From a virus: DNA of 64,000 nt. The translations under genes and the position numbers were made by a program. The notes under the pieces were generated by a model. That model was not told where the DNA came from, made no database searches, and was given only the letters and a program-made list of their open reading frames with translations. Shown in pieces: positions 20,833-29,368 of the stretch; the first letter of the stretch is position 1, and each line of letters opens with the position of its first letter. The stretch lies in the IMG/VR virus record IMGVR_UViG_3300007094_000006, positions 1-64,000 of that record; one strand, given 5' to 3'.

Positions 20833-21249
20833 ATGCCTAAAATTTACACCTGTCCATTTACCCAGAACGTCAACCCCCAAGTTCCACAAACATTCAACAA
20901 TGCTGATGGAACTACAGTTAAGACGTGCTATACCGCAGGAGCCGATGATTCCGTAATCAAGGCTATCATCGTATCCTCTACCGATACAGTCGCTAGAGAC
21001 ATCCAATTCCATATTTCGGATGGTACTACCAATTTTCAATTGAGACGGGTAAATATCCCAGCCAGTGCGGGAAATTCTACCTCTGTTGCACCAGTGGATT
21101 GTCTGTCTGGTTTTGTTGGATTACCACTGGACGAACATGGCAATCGAGTTTTGAGACTCAGACGGAACTTTCAGCTAAGAGCCAATATGGTTGTAGCCGT
21201 TACTGCCTCTACAGATATTGATGTGATTGTATTAGGAGAGGATTATTAA
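20833..21249 (+). CDS. Probable tail fibre-associated structural protein
   Basis: Beta-rich 138 aa inside the tail cluster. Confidence 0.55.
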   Translation: MPKIYTCPFTQNVNPQVPQTFNNADGTTVKTCYTAGADDSVIKAIIVSSTDTVARDIQFHISDGTTNFQLRRVNIPASAGNSTSVAPVDCLSGFVGLPLDEHGNRVLRLRRNFQLRANMVVAVTASTDIDVIVLGEDY

Positions 21250-21253
21250 ATCG

Positions 21254-22003
21254 ATGATTGGAATGCGTGGGATGGGGTTAAGAAAAAGAACTGGGGGTTC
21301 CTCAATTATGAGCTTAGACCCTATCTTGAATATACCGTCATGCCAAATGGTTCTTGACCCACAATATAGTCGGGTTAATAGAGATAATCTAGTAATGCTT
21401 TTGGACTTAAGCGGGACTTATCACTTTCTAGCTAATTCTACTACTAATATTTCTTTAGGTCAGTTTAGAGGAAATAAGTCAATTAACTTTAATCGACAGT
21501 TTAATACAAGGTTAACAAATCGACTCTCTTCAGGAATTGATTTCGGGTCGAACTTTACTCTGTATATAGTAGGTAACTTTTTGAACGATGTAACAAATGA
21601 TTGGGCGTGGATTTTCTCGGTATTGAGTTCTAGCGGACTTAGAAATCCATCCTTTTATATCACTTATTTTTTAAACAAGTTACGGGTTAGTTACGGGGAC
21701 TACTTTACCGAAGTCGGTTTGGCATCTTATAACGGAGTAGGTCTAGATACTGTAATAAGAGTGAGTAGAGAATCAAATGTAATTAGAGTTTGGGAAAGAT
21801 TTTCTCGTATTAACAGTGACATAAGTGTTGGAACCGTTAATATCGGTAATAGTTCAAATGTTTGCATAGGAAGTTTAGCAGATGCCAACAACACTGGACT
21901 AGGTGGAGATTTAGGTTTGGTTCTTGGATTTAGCGGAGTTTTGTCAAACCACGAAACCGCCACAGTCGAAAATTACATCCGCACTAGATTTGGTGGATTT
22001 TAG
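21254..22003 (+). CDS. Probable receptor-binding / lectin-like tail protein
   Basis: DLSG N-terminal motif; C-terminal GD...V..FS.VLS..E...VENY...RFG. Confidence 0.6.
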   Translation: MIGMRGMGLRKRTGGSSIMSLDPILNIPSCQMVLDPQYSRVNRDNLVMLLDLSGTYHFLANSTTNISLGQFRGNKSINFNRQFNTRLTNRLSSGIDFGSNFTLYIVGNFLNDVTNDWAWIFSVLSSSGLRNPSFYITYFLNKLRVSYGDYFTEVGLASYNGVGLDTVIRVSRESNVIRVWERFSRINSDISVGTVNIGNSSNVCIGSLADANNTGLGGDLGLVLGFSGVLSNHETATVENYIRTRFGGF

Positions 22004-22013
22004 AGTAGTTCAG

Positions 22014-22363
22014 TTGACACTCTCCGCCCTAAAAGTGCGGAGATTCTTGGGCTGAATCTTGCCGCTACTAGCAAAGCTAATTTTGGTCTTACAGTTTCAT
22101 GTCTAGTCCGACTACACCTACAAGGCAAGCACTCTTAAAGACTACTCCCCAAGCGTAAATTTCTGTGTGTCCCACAGTATTAACCTAAATTTGAGCGGAA
22201 TTTTAACATGTGGACTTACGATGAAAACTTTTGTACCAGTGATGGTTAGAGATTTAGGGATGACGGAGTGTCGCTTGTTTCCTGCGTTCCCAAAGTCAAC
22301 GACTCAATTTAATGCTAACTTAAAGTCGCCCTAAAGGGCGAGGTTTTCAACCCAAATTATTCG
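22014..22363 (-). mobile_element. Non-autonomous IS200/IS605-family mini-element retaining an omegaRNA-like 3' end
   Basis: Minus strand: TTAT|CGAATAATTTGGGTTGAAAACCTCGCCCTTTAGGGCGAC left end (matches 61783 element); right end GAATCTCCGCACTTTTAGGGCGGAGAGTGTCAA; internal tnpB-tail-like ACTGTGGGACACACAGAAATTTACGCTTGGGGAG. Confidence 0.85.
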
Positions 22364-22412
22364 ATAAGTGGAAACGCTCAATTTAACACTATTGAACCCT
22401 AAAAAAAAACCT

Positions 22413-22841
22413 ATGCCCTCATTTGTTTTTAATTCTGCAAAAATCGCAATTTTAAATGCCACAATAGACCTAGACAGTGATACGTTTTATGCCTGTTTGG
22501 TGACTTCTATACCAGCCGCAACAGTAACCACTCGCACAGGGTTAGCGGAAGCTTCAGGGGGAACTTACGCACCACAATTATTGTCTGGAACAACTTTAAA
22601 CGCTCCTACGACTGCCACAGTCAGATGGACGTTTACCAATCCTAGTTGGACTAATTTAACGACTGGTACATCGACACCCTTGTTAGGAATGGTAATTTGT
22701 AAAAGAGTTGGTAGCAGTTTCGCAACATCCGACCCTGTGATTGCTTTTTTAGAATTTAATAATAGTTTTACCCCTAGTGGGGTAACTTTTCAAGTAGATA
22801 TACCCAATAATACTGGTGTACTAACGGCAACTTTTAGCTAG
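22413..22841 (+). CDS. Structural tail protein (likely start MPSFVFN)
   Basis: IDLDSDTF..CLVT, GG.YA..L patterns typical of virion proteins; late motif at 22375. Confidence 0.65.
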   Translation: MPSFVFNSAKIAILNATIDLDSDTFYACLVTSIPAATVTTRTGLAEASGGTYAPQLLSGTTLNAPTTATVRWTFTNPSWTNLTTGTSTPLLGMVICKRVGSSFATSDPVIAFLEFNNSFTPSGVTFQVDIPNNTGVLTATFS

Positions 22842-22850
22842 GTCAATATT

Positions 22851-23243
22851 ATGTCAGGATTTACATACCCTTCAATTATTCCAAATTCAATCGACAATTT
22901 TGAGCTTCCAGATTTCGGTGTAAAGATTTTTGAAAATGATGACGGGTCGGAAACAAGACGTTATGTTCATCAACAAGGCAACCATACTAAAATTATGCTA
23001 AAATATCAGGGAAGAACGGAAACAGAAGTAGCAACTATTATTAATTTTTGGGGACAAGTTAGAGGGTTAAAGGAAGCTTTTTCATTACCACCTGGCATTA
23101 ATAGACACCCAACGGACTATAAAGATAGTATTATCTCATTGGGTGATACTACATTATGGCGATTTGTTTCTCCTATAAAATTTATTACTGTTTATACTAA
23201 GATTTATAATTTTGATGTCCCTTTAATATCGGTAATTAGCTAA
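22851..23243 (+). CDS. Distal tail (Dit/gpM-like) protein
   Basis: 130 aa; G.E.R, F...V.G...F.LP, WRF motifs; precedes gpL/gpK-like genes. Confidence 0.65.
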   Translation: MSGFTYPSIIPNSIDNFELPDFGVKIFENDDGSETRRYVHQQGNHTKIMLKYQGRTETEVATIINFWGQVRGLKEAFSLPPGINRHPTDYKDSIISLGDTTLWRFVSPIKFITVYTKIYNFDVPLISVIS

Positions 23244-23245
23244 TT

Positions 23246-23734
23246 ATGTCTAGTTTAGCCCCACATTTAAATCCACAGCATTTTTACGGAAGATTAATTT
23301 TCTTAAAACTTCCGACTAATGAAGTTTACAGGTTTCAAAATTTTCAAATTGCGCCTTATAGTTTTGAAGGTTCAGATTATATTTATTTACCTTTTGTTTT
23401 GACAACTTTTGTTGAAGATTTAGAGATTTCCTCAACTTCTATGTCGTTAAAATTAGCAAATACTGAAGCTTTAAGGGCTATATTAAAGGAAAAAGAATTG
23501 AGGGGAAGTTTAATGAAAGTATATACTGTGTTTCCAGAGGACGAAGACGCTATTTACGAAACGCAAAACACTAGAATTTCCTCGTATGTTTTACAAAAAG
23601 GAGCAGTAGTTTTTTCCTGTCGTTCTCCTGTAGATGCTGTTTTTAATCAAATTCCTTCTAAAGTGTTTGAACCTGACATATTCCCAGAGTTGCCCTATGT
23701 GAATAGAGTTAAAACTAATTATAGACCTTTATGA
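23246..23734 (+). CDS. Minor tail protein (lambda gpL-like hub)
   Basis: YLPF..., F.P..FP.LP C-terminus; lies between Dit-like and NlpC/P60 genes. Confidence 0.55.
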   Translation: MSSLAPHLNPQHFYGRLIFLKLPTNEVYRFQNFQIAPYSFEGSDYIYLPFVLTTFVEDLEISSTSMSLKLANTEALRAILKEKELRGSLMKVYTVFPEDEDAIYETQNTRISSYVLQKGAVVFSCRSPVDAVFNQIPSKVFEPDIFPELPYVNRVKTNYRPL

Positions 23735-24180
23735 TAATTACAACAGATATAGAACCCTCGATTTTTGATTTTAAAGATATTCCTTATCTTTGGGGTGGTA
23801 AAAACCCTAAAGAAGGATTAGATTGTTTTGGCTTAGTAAATTATGTATATTTTAAACTTAAAGGAAAAAAATTTTTAGGGTTTGATTGGGTATATGAAAA
23901 ATACAATGCTGATTCTGAACTCCCAAATTCCGAATTGGAAAGATTAAGTGTTGATTTATTGGGTGAGGGAAAACAAACAAACGAACCCTTAGATATGCTT
24001 CTTTTAAACTGGTATGGAAAATACGGATTAGGTATAATTGTACCCCATTTAAACGTTAATTATGTGGTATATACGGGTAGCGGTGGTAGTTCTAGAAGTA
24101 CATTTAAACCTTTGAAGAAGATGAACCCGCTCATTCTTAAAACTTGGAATATTTGGGAAAAAACAGAGGCAGTAGTGTAG
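23731..24180 (+). CDS. NlpC/P60-family tail assembly protein (gpK-like)
   Basis: IPYLWGG...GLDCFGLV. Confidence 0.8.
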   Translation: MIITTDIEPSIFDFKDIPYLWGGKNPKEGLDCFGLVNYVYFKLKGKKFLGFDWVYEKYNADSELPNSELERLSVDLLGEGKQTNEPLDMLLLNWYGKYGLGIIVPHLNVNYVVYTGSGGSSRSTFKPLKKMNPLILKTWNIWEKTEAVV

Positions 24181-24181
24181 A

Positions 24182-25777
24182 ATGTTAAAAACTCCCGAAC
24201 AAAACTTTCAAGACTTTTTCTTTCAGGTTTGCCTAAAAGAGGATAGAAGATTAGCTGAAGTTCCCTTAACTGAAAGTACGGATAAATTTGTTATACAAAA
24301 TGGAAAATTAGAGGGAGGAATTGGTCTAGGAATAGTAGGAGGAATTGTAGGTTTTGCTTTAGGTGGTGTACCTGCTATTTTGACAGGAATTACAATGGGA
24401 TTTGCACTTGGTTCTTCTTTGTTTGGTGGTGATAGTGGGAAAAAATCTAAAAAACCTAAAGCTCCTACTTTTTCTTTTGACGGAATGTCTGGTGATAATA
24501 TTGCTACTCAAGGAACAGCAATTCCTATTATTTATACTTCTATTTTAAAAAATCCTTTAGGAGGTATAAGAACTGGTGGTAAGTTAATCGCTTGTAGAGT
24601 AGAAAATAGAGGGGATTCTGGAAATTTATATGTAGTTTTGGCTTTGAGCTTAGGGGAAATAGGGTACATTGATGATTCTAAATTGTTAATAGATAATCAA
24701 TCTATTGAGAGATACTATGAAGAAGATTTAGATTTTCAATACTTGTCAGGAACTCCTACTTTTTACAATAATCAAGGTCAAAACAATTTAACAACAGACT
24801 TTAACTTTTTTGGTCAATGTATTTCTCCAAATTCCTATAATCTTTTGGGAACTTCAAAAAGAGCGCAAGCTAAAAACTCAGTGTTAGCTCCTTCAACAAG
24901 GTCAATAAATGGTAGTTGGGGAGTGACAAATTGTTACATATCGTCTAGTGGTAGCTCAGGACAAACCTTTACTAAAAATGCTGGTTCTAATGAGACTAAC
25001 GTAGCTGATTCTTTTGCCGTTACAAACGAAATCCCGGGTGAAGGAGGCGGCAATATTTCATGGCAAGTCTTTGATTATGCTCCTAAGATAGTTGGTTATG
25101 GTACAAGAGGAAGTAATAACATTACTTTTGGGATTAAAACTGAATCTGTTTTAAATCCTCAAACTGGAATTACAACATATCCCCTATCTATTATTGCCAA
25201 TGGTAGCACCATAAACACTAGCGTTTGGACTATCAATGATACTTTTCAAGTGGAATTAGGTTTTTCAGGTGCTAATAAAGTCGTAAGATATAAAAAGAAT
25301 AATGAATTAATTTTAGCTGTTTCGGGTGTAAATTGGAGTGGTATACCAGCTAAAGTTGTTATTCAAGGTATGAACACAAGTATTAGGGTTAACTCAGTGT
25401 CCAGCGTAGCTTTTCCAACTGGGGAATTTGGAGTAGGGGTGGTTTCAACATCTACAGATACCGCAACATTAGTCGTTTATGAGGACGAAAAAGATTCGAT
25501 TGAAAATTGGAGTCGGTTTACCCCTGCTGAAATTTATGAGGTTAACAATAGTGGAACAAACAATCGTTTTAGAGTGACTAAGAAAAAAGATTCAGACAGG
25601 ACTATAATCATTAAACCGCCTGTAACTATTACAGAGGATGATGATATATTTGCTATATGGGAAGCTTTTTATGAAACAAGTAAAAAAGTAAACAAAATAG
25701 TGATTAATTTTGAAGGGGTCTTATTTTCCAGACGTAAGCCGCTCGAAAATGAGACAGGAAAATCAGGTAAAATATAG
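24182..25777 (+). CDS. Tail tip protein, N-terminal part (gpI/gpJ-like)
   Basis: Gly-rich hydrophobic segment, FSFDG..N...QG..IPIIY, LSLGEI. Confidence 0.7.
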   Translation: MLKTPEQNFQDFFFQVCLKEDRRLAEVPLTESTDKFVIQNGKLEGGIGLGIVGGIVGFALGGVPAILTGITMGFALGSSLFGGDSGKKSKKPKAPTFSFDGMSGDNIATQGTAIPIIYTSILKNPLGGIRTGGKLIACRVENRGDSGNLYVVLALSLGEIGYIDDSKLLIDNQSIERYYEEDLDFQYLSGTPTFYNNQGQNNLTTDFNFFGQCISPNSYNLLGTSKRAQAKNSVLAPSTRSINGSWGVTNCYISSSGSSGQTFTKNAGSNETNVADSFAVTNEIPGEGGGNISWQVFDYAPKIVGYGTRGSNNITFGIKTESVLNPQTGITTYPLSIIANGSTINTSVWTINDTFQVELGFSGANKVVRYKKNNELILAVSGVNWSGIPAKVVIQGMNTSIRVNSVSSVAFPTGEFGVGVVSTSTDTATLVVYEDEKDSIENWSRFTPAEIYEVNNSGTNNRFRVTKKKDSDRTIIIKPPVTITEDDDIFAIWEAFYETSKKVNKIVINFEGVLFSRRKPLENETGKSGKI

Positions 25778-25788
25778 AGGTTAAAGGA

Positions 25789-27642
25789 ATGGGTGGTAAA
25801 AATCACGCAGATTTAGGAAACTTTGAGGATATTTATCCTTATGGAGTATGTTTTGATGTTTTTATACAACCTTTGACCGATATTGATGGCGACCCTATTC
25901 CTTATTCTGAAAACAATTGGGTTTTTCTTAAACGGATATTTATTCGTGAAAAATCTGAAAACGCTAAACAATTTAGAATAGAGATAGAAAATCTTAAATA
26001 TGGACGGTATTATGTCAAATTAAAACCTTTTTCAACGGCTCCTGATTCTACTTCAGATACTCTGAAATTAGATTGTAGTGGTGAAGATGCTGTTTATTCT
26101 ACTTCAGCCAATATTAACGGCAATATTGTGCGTTTAAAGGGGGAATTTTCAGGACAACCAACTAATAAAATGATGAGAGATTCTATAAATTATGATGAGT
26201 TCAAAAGAATAGTCTCATCTGAAAGTGGCGCACCACTTAGAATTACTACTATATCAGAAGTTGTAAATCCTGATACTATCTCAAAGCCTAGTAACTATGC
26301 TGGTGTGGCTGTTGTTGGAGTTAGAGTGAAAGCTTCTGACAGAATTTCAACAGCCCCTGAAATGTCTTTTTTTGTTAGTGAAGGAAGAAAAATTAGAAAC
26401 TTATTACATTATGGAGTACAACAAGCAACTACTACTCAAAGCACCATTATTGACACAACTATCGATTATTCTACAATAAACGAAATAGTGAATGGGACAA
26501 CTAATGTTAGAAATCTAGACACTAAATTGGAAGGTACAGTGACAGGTATATCTAATAATAGACCTACTACGACTATATCTTTTAGCCCTAAAGACCGTTT
26601 TATTATCTATAATTATGAGGCATCTAATTATTTTCCCGATATTTATGTTGATTGGTTAATTAATCCAGAAGGTGGGTTAGGGGCAGTTATTGATGGCGAT
26701 AATGATATTGATTATGATTCGATTGTTAAAGCCCGTAGATTCGTTAAAGAAAATGAATTTTATTGGGATGGTGTTTTATCAGAGGTAGAAAATTTTTCAG
26801 CTAAAGTAACAAAAGATGCTAGTCTTTCTCTTTTATATCCTTTTAGTCCTAATGGATTATTTGGACTCACTACCGAAGATGAAAATAGATTGCCAATTGC
26901 AGTTTTCAATGCTTCTAACATTTTAAAAGATTCGTTTGAAGAAAGTGTATTACCATGGCAAGAATCACAAATTAATCAAGTTGTTGTGGTCTTTACAGAT
27001 GGTACTGATAATCAAAAACCTTTAACGGCAGTAGTAGCTAGAACTGATGCGTTAGTAGCTAAACAAGTTAAATTAAATTCTATCACAATTGAAGCTCCTA
27101 GCATTTCTAATCCTGAACAAGCCAGAAAGGTAGCTGGTGTGACTCTTAACTCAAAGAGATACCAAGATAAAATAGTCAAGTTTAAGACTGCTACTCAAGG
27201 ACTTTTTTTAGCACCGGGTGAAGCAATTCTAGTTCAGCATACGGCTACCGAATATGATTATGACATTTCTGGATATGTTACCGAAGTTGGAGTCTATGAT
27301 TTAACAACTCAAACCCAAAGAATTTTGCTATCTAGACAACCTTCTAATTTAATTACATCTGACTATAAAGCTACTATTCAACTTCAGGAAACCAATACGG
27401 TACTAGAGAACTTAACTTTTACGTTAGTTCAGGAAAATGGTTTTTACTACTTGAACATTGAAAATTTACCTTCACCCATTTCCTTGTATGACCCTGTAGT
27501 TATTGGTAGAGCCGTTATTGAAGATAAAGTTTACAGGATTCAAAATCTTGCAATTTCTGAAAATGGTGAAATATCTATAAGTGCTGTTTTATGGTCTAAC
27601 AAATTATTTGATTTTTCTGACCTCGACTTCCAATTTCAATGA
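25789..27642 (+). CDS. Tail tip/host-specificity protein J, C-terminal part (probably one ORF with 24182)
   Basis: GJ-like SNYAGVAVVG.RV.A, FN..NI..DSF, F.T...G..L.PG; one extra A at 25769-25772 fuses the two frames. Confidence 0.75.
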   Translation: MGGKNHADLGNFEDIYPYGVCFDVFIQPLTDIDGDPIPYSENNWVFLKRIFIREKSENAKQFRIEIENLKYGRYYVKLKPFSTAPDSTSDTLKLDCSGEDAVYSTSANINGNIVRLKGEFSGQPTNKMMRDSINYDEFKRIVSSESGAPLRITTISEVVNPDTISKPSNYAGVAVVGVRVKASDRISTAPEMSFFVSEGRKIRNLLHYGVQQATTTQSTIIDTTIDYSTINEIVNGTTNVRNLDTKLEGTVTGISNNRPTTTISFSPKDRFIIYNYEASNYFPDIYVDWLINPEGGLGAVIDGDNDIDYDSIVKARRFVKENEFYWDGVLSEVENFSAKVTKDASLSLLYPFSPNGLFGLTTEDENRLPIAVFNASNILKDSFEESVLPWQESQINQVVVVFTDGTDNQKPLTAVVARTDALVAKQVKLNSITIEAPSISNPEQARKVAGVTLNSKRYQDKIVKFKTATQGLFLAPGEAILVQHTATEYDYDISGYVTEVGVYDLTTQTQRILLSRQPSNLITSDYKATIQLQETNTVLENLTFTLVQENGFYYLNIENLPSPISLYDPVVIGRAVIEDKVYRIQNLAISENGEISISAVLWSNKLFDFSDLDFQFQ

Positions 27643-28064
27643 TATATCCTGATTTGGTTCCAGATTTCATGAGGGAGCTAGAGCTTCCAACTTATGCGTC
27701 ATCTATTACTGAGTTTCCAGATGGGGCAGAAATTCGCTTATCTTTGACCAATAATGGTACAGGGACTAAAATTAAATTAGAGTATGTTAATCGTATTGCT
27801 GAGGAAGTTTTAGAAATTGTTGGCTTTTATAATAGTGCCAAAGGTACTTTTAAGGGGTTTTTGGTTCCTATTTCGGTCTGGAGACATCCTTTATCACTTA
27901 AAAATGCTTTAGAATCTCTTACAAAAGGGGTTATTTGGAGATTTGCTGACAAAATAGAAATAACGACAGTTAAACAAAATGTTTATAATTTTACTGTGAA
28001 TTTAGTTACTACCAGTACGATTGTAATTCTGTCTCCTAACCCTTATCCTGACGACATTTTATGA
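27639..28064 (+). CDS. Dit/gpM-like paralog
   Basis: Same motifs as 22851-23243. Confidence 0.6.
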   Translation: MIYPDLVPDFMRELELPTYASSITEFPDGAEIRLSLTNNGTGTKIKLEYVNRIAEEVLEIVGFYNSAKGTFKGFLVPISVWRHPLSLKNALESLTKGVIWRFADKIEITTVKQNVYNFTVNLVTTSTIVILSPNPYPDDIL

Positions 28065-29368
28065 GTTTTCCTAATTTTAAGCCTACAAAAATTGAATACA
28101 TTGAGTTATCTGATTTTGGTAGTATAATTACTGAAGACCAAGAAGGAATAGAACATCGAACAAATGCTTTTACTCAAGGTAGAAGTGCAAAAGTATCAGC
28201 CAAATTTGAAGGTTTAAATAGCACACAAGTTTTAGAGTTTATAGACTTTTATAAAAATTTAAATGTTACTGGGCGGGGATTTGGCATTCCAGAATCCTTT
28301 AAGACAAATCAGTTTATTTTTTATGAAAGTGTTATTAAATCTTTTGGACAAGTCATTTTATATTTTGAAAAACGACCAAATATAGAAACTGAGATTTCTG
28401 ATATTTATTCTGTAACTCTTTACATGATTGCTTCCATAGCAACTATTTCAGCCCCTGAAAAGATTTATGTGACTTTACAAACAGAAGTTGTAATAAGTGC
28501 TAGTTCTTCGACCTCATTTGTTCAATGGTCACAAATTTCAGGAAATCCTGTTACTTTTTCTAACCCTAATGATTTAGTTACTAACGTTATTTCTCAAGGG
28601 GGTGTTTTTAACTCTACAGGTGGTAAAATATTTTTTAAAGTAGCTCTTTTAGATAATCCCGATGTATTTGCTACAATAGAACTTGTGCCTGCCCCTTCAA
28701 GTTTTGATGTTTTAAAAGGACTTAGTGCTTATTCTTATTTTACTGAGTTTTCCTCTCTACAAAAAGTTTTAGCACCTTTAATTTATGATTTACCTTATTC
28801 TTTAACTGCCTCTTATAAAAAAAATTTAGATATTAACACTGTGTATTTTAGATGGAGTCTTCCGTCTACAACTTTTGGATTAGTTAACTATAAAATTGAA
28901 ACTTATAACAATGGGTGGATTAACTTAGGTTCTACGGTCTTAAATAAGTTTAATGTTCCTGCTAAAACCCCTTTTAGAATAATTTCTTGTTATACTTTAG
29001 ATAACAATAATTTTGAAATTCCTTCAGATTTATTTTACATTGACCCGCAGTTTCACTTAGAGAGTTATGCCTATGCTCCTAGTGAATTTAAAAATCTTAG
29101 AGTTTCTAGTGCTTTGTCTGAAACATTTTTAGACTTAAATAATTCTACCCTGTTAGCTTTTTCAACTGTACAAACAAATTGGTCTACGGCTTCTTCTGTT
29201 GACGTAACTGACCTACCATTGCTATCTTCTAATTTTAATGCTTATGAACTAATCCCAAATAATTTTCTTAACCGTGTACGATTAAGTTCTTTAAACGCTC
29301 AATTAAATGTAGTAGGACAATTATTGTCTGTAACAGACTTAGAATTAGGCGGGGTAATAATCGGTTAA
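28061..29368 (+). CDS. Tail protein with Dit-like N-domain and Ig/FN3-like domains
   Basis: Paralogous N-terminus; WSQISG.PVTFSNP PKD-like motif. Confidence 0.6.
   Translation: MSFPNFKPTKIEYIELSDFGSIITEDQEGIEHRTNAFTQGRSAKVSAKFEGLNSTQVLEFIDFYKNLNVTGRGFGIPESFKTNQFIFYESVIKSFGQVILYFEKRPNIETEISDIYSVTLYMIASIATISAPEKIYVTLQTEVVISASSSTSFVQWSQISGNPVTFSNPNDLVTNVISQGGVFNSTGGKIFFKVALLDNPDVFATIELVPAPSSFDVLKGLSAYSYFTEFSSLQKVLAPLIYDLPYSLTASYKKNLDINTVYFRWSLPSTTFGLVNYKIETYNNGWINLGSTVLNKFNVPAKTPFRIISCYTLDNNNFEIPSDLFYIDPQFHLESYAYAPSEFKNLRVSSALSETFLDLNNSTLLAFSTVQTNWSTASSVDVTDLPLLSSNFNAYELIPNNFLNRVRLSSLNAQLNVVGQLLSVTDLELGGVIIG

Noticed and set aside
23731-24180. Apparent loss of the catalytic His in the NlpC/P60 protein as a novelty
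   Set aside because: Degenerate gpK-like domains are common, and alignment by eye is uncertain
25760-25790. Split tail-tip gene as a programmed frameshift or two real genes
   Set aside because: No canonical slippery heptamer; one missing A in A4 fuses an essential gene, so probably a read error
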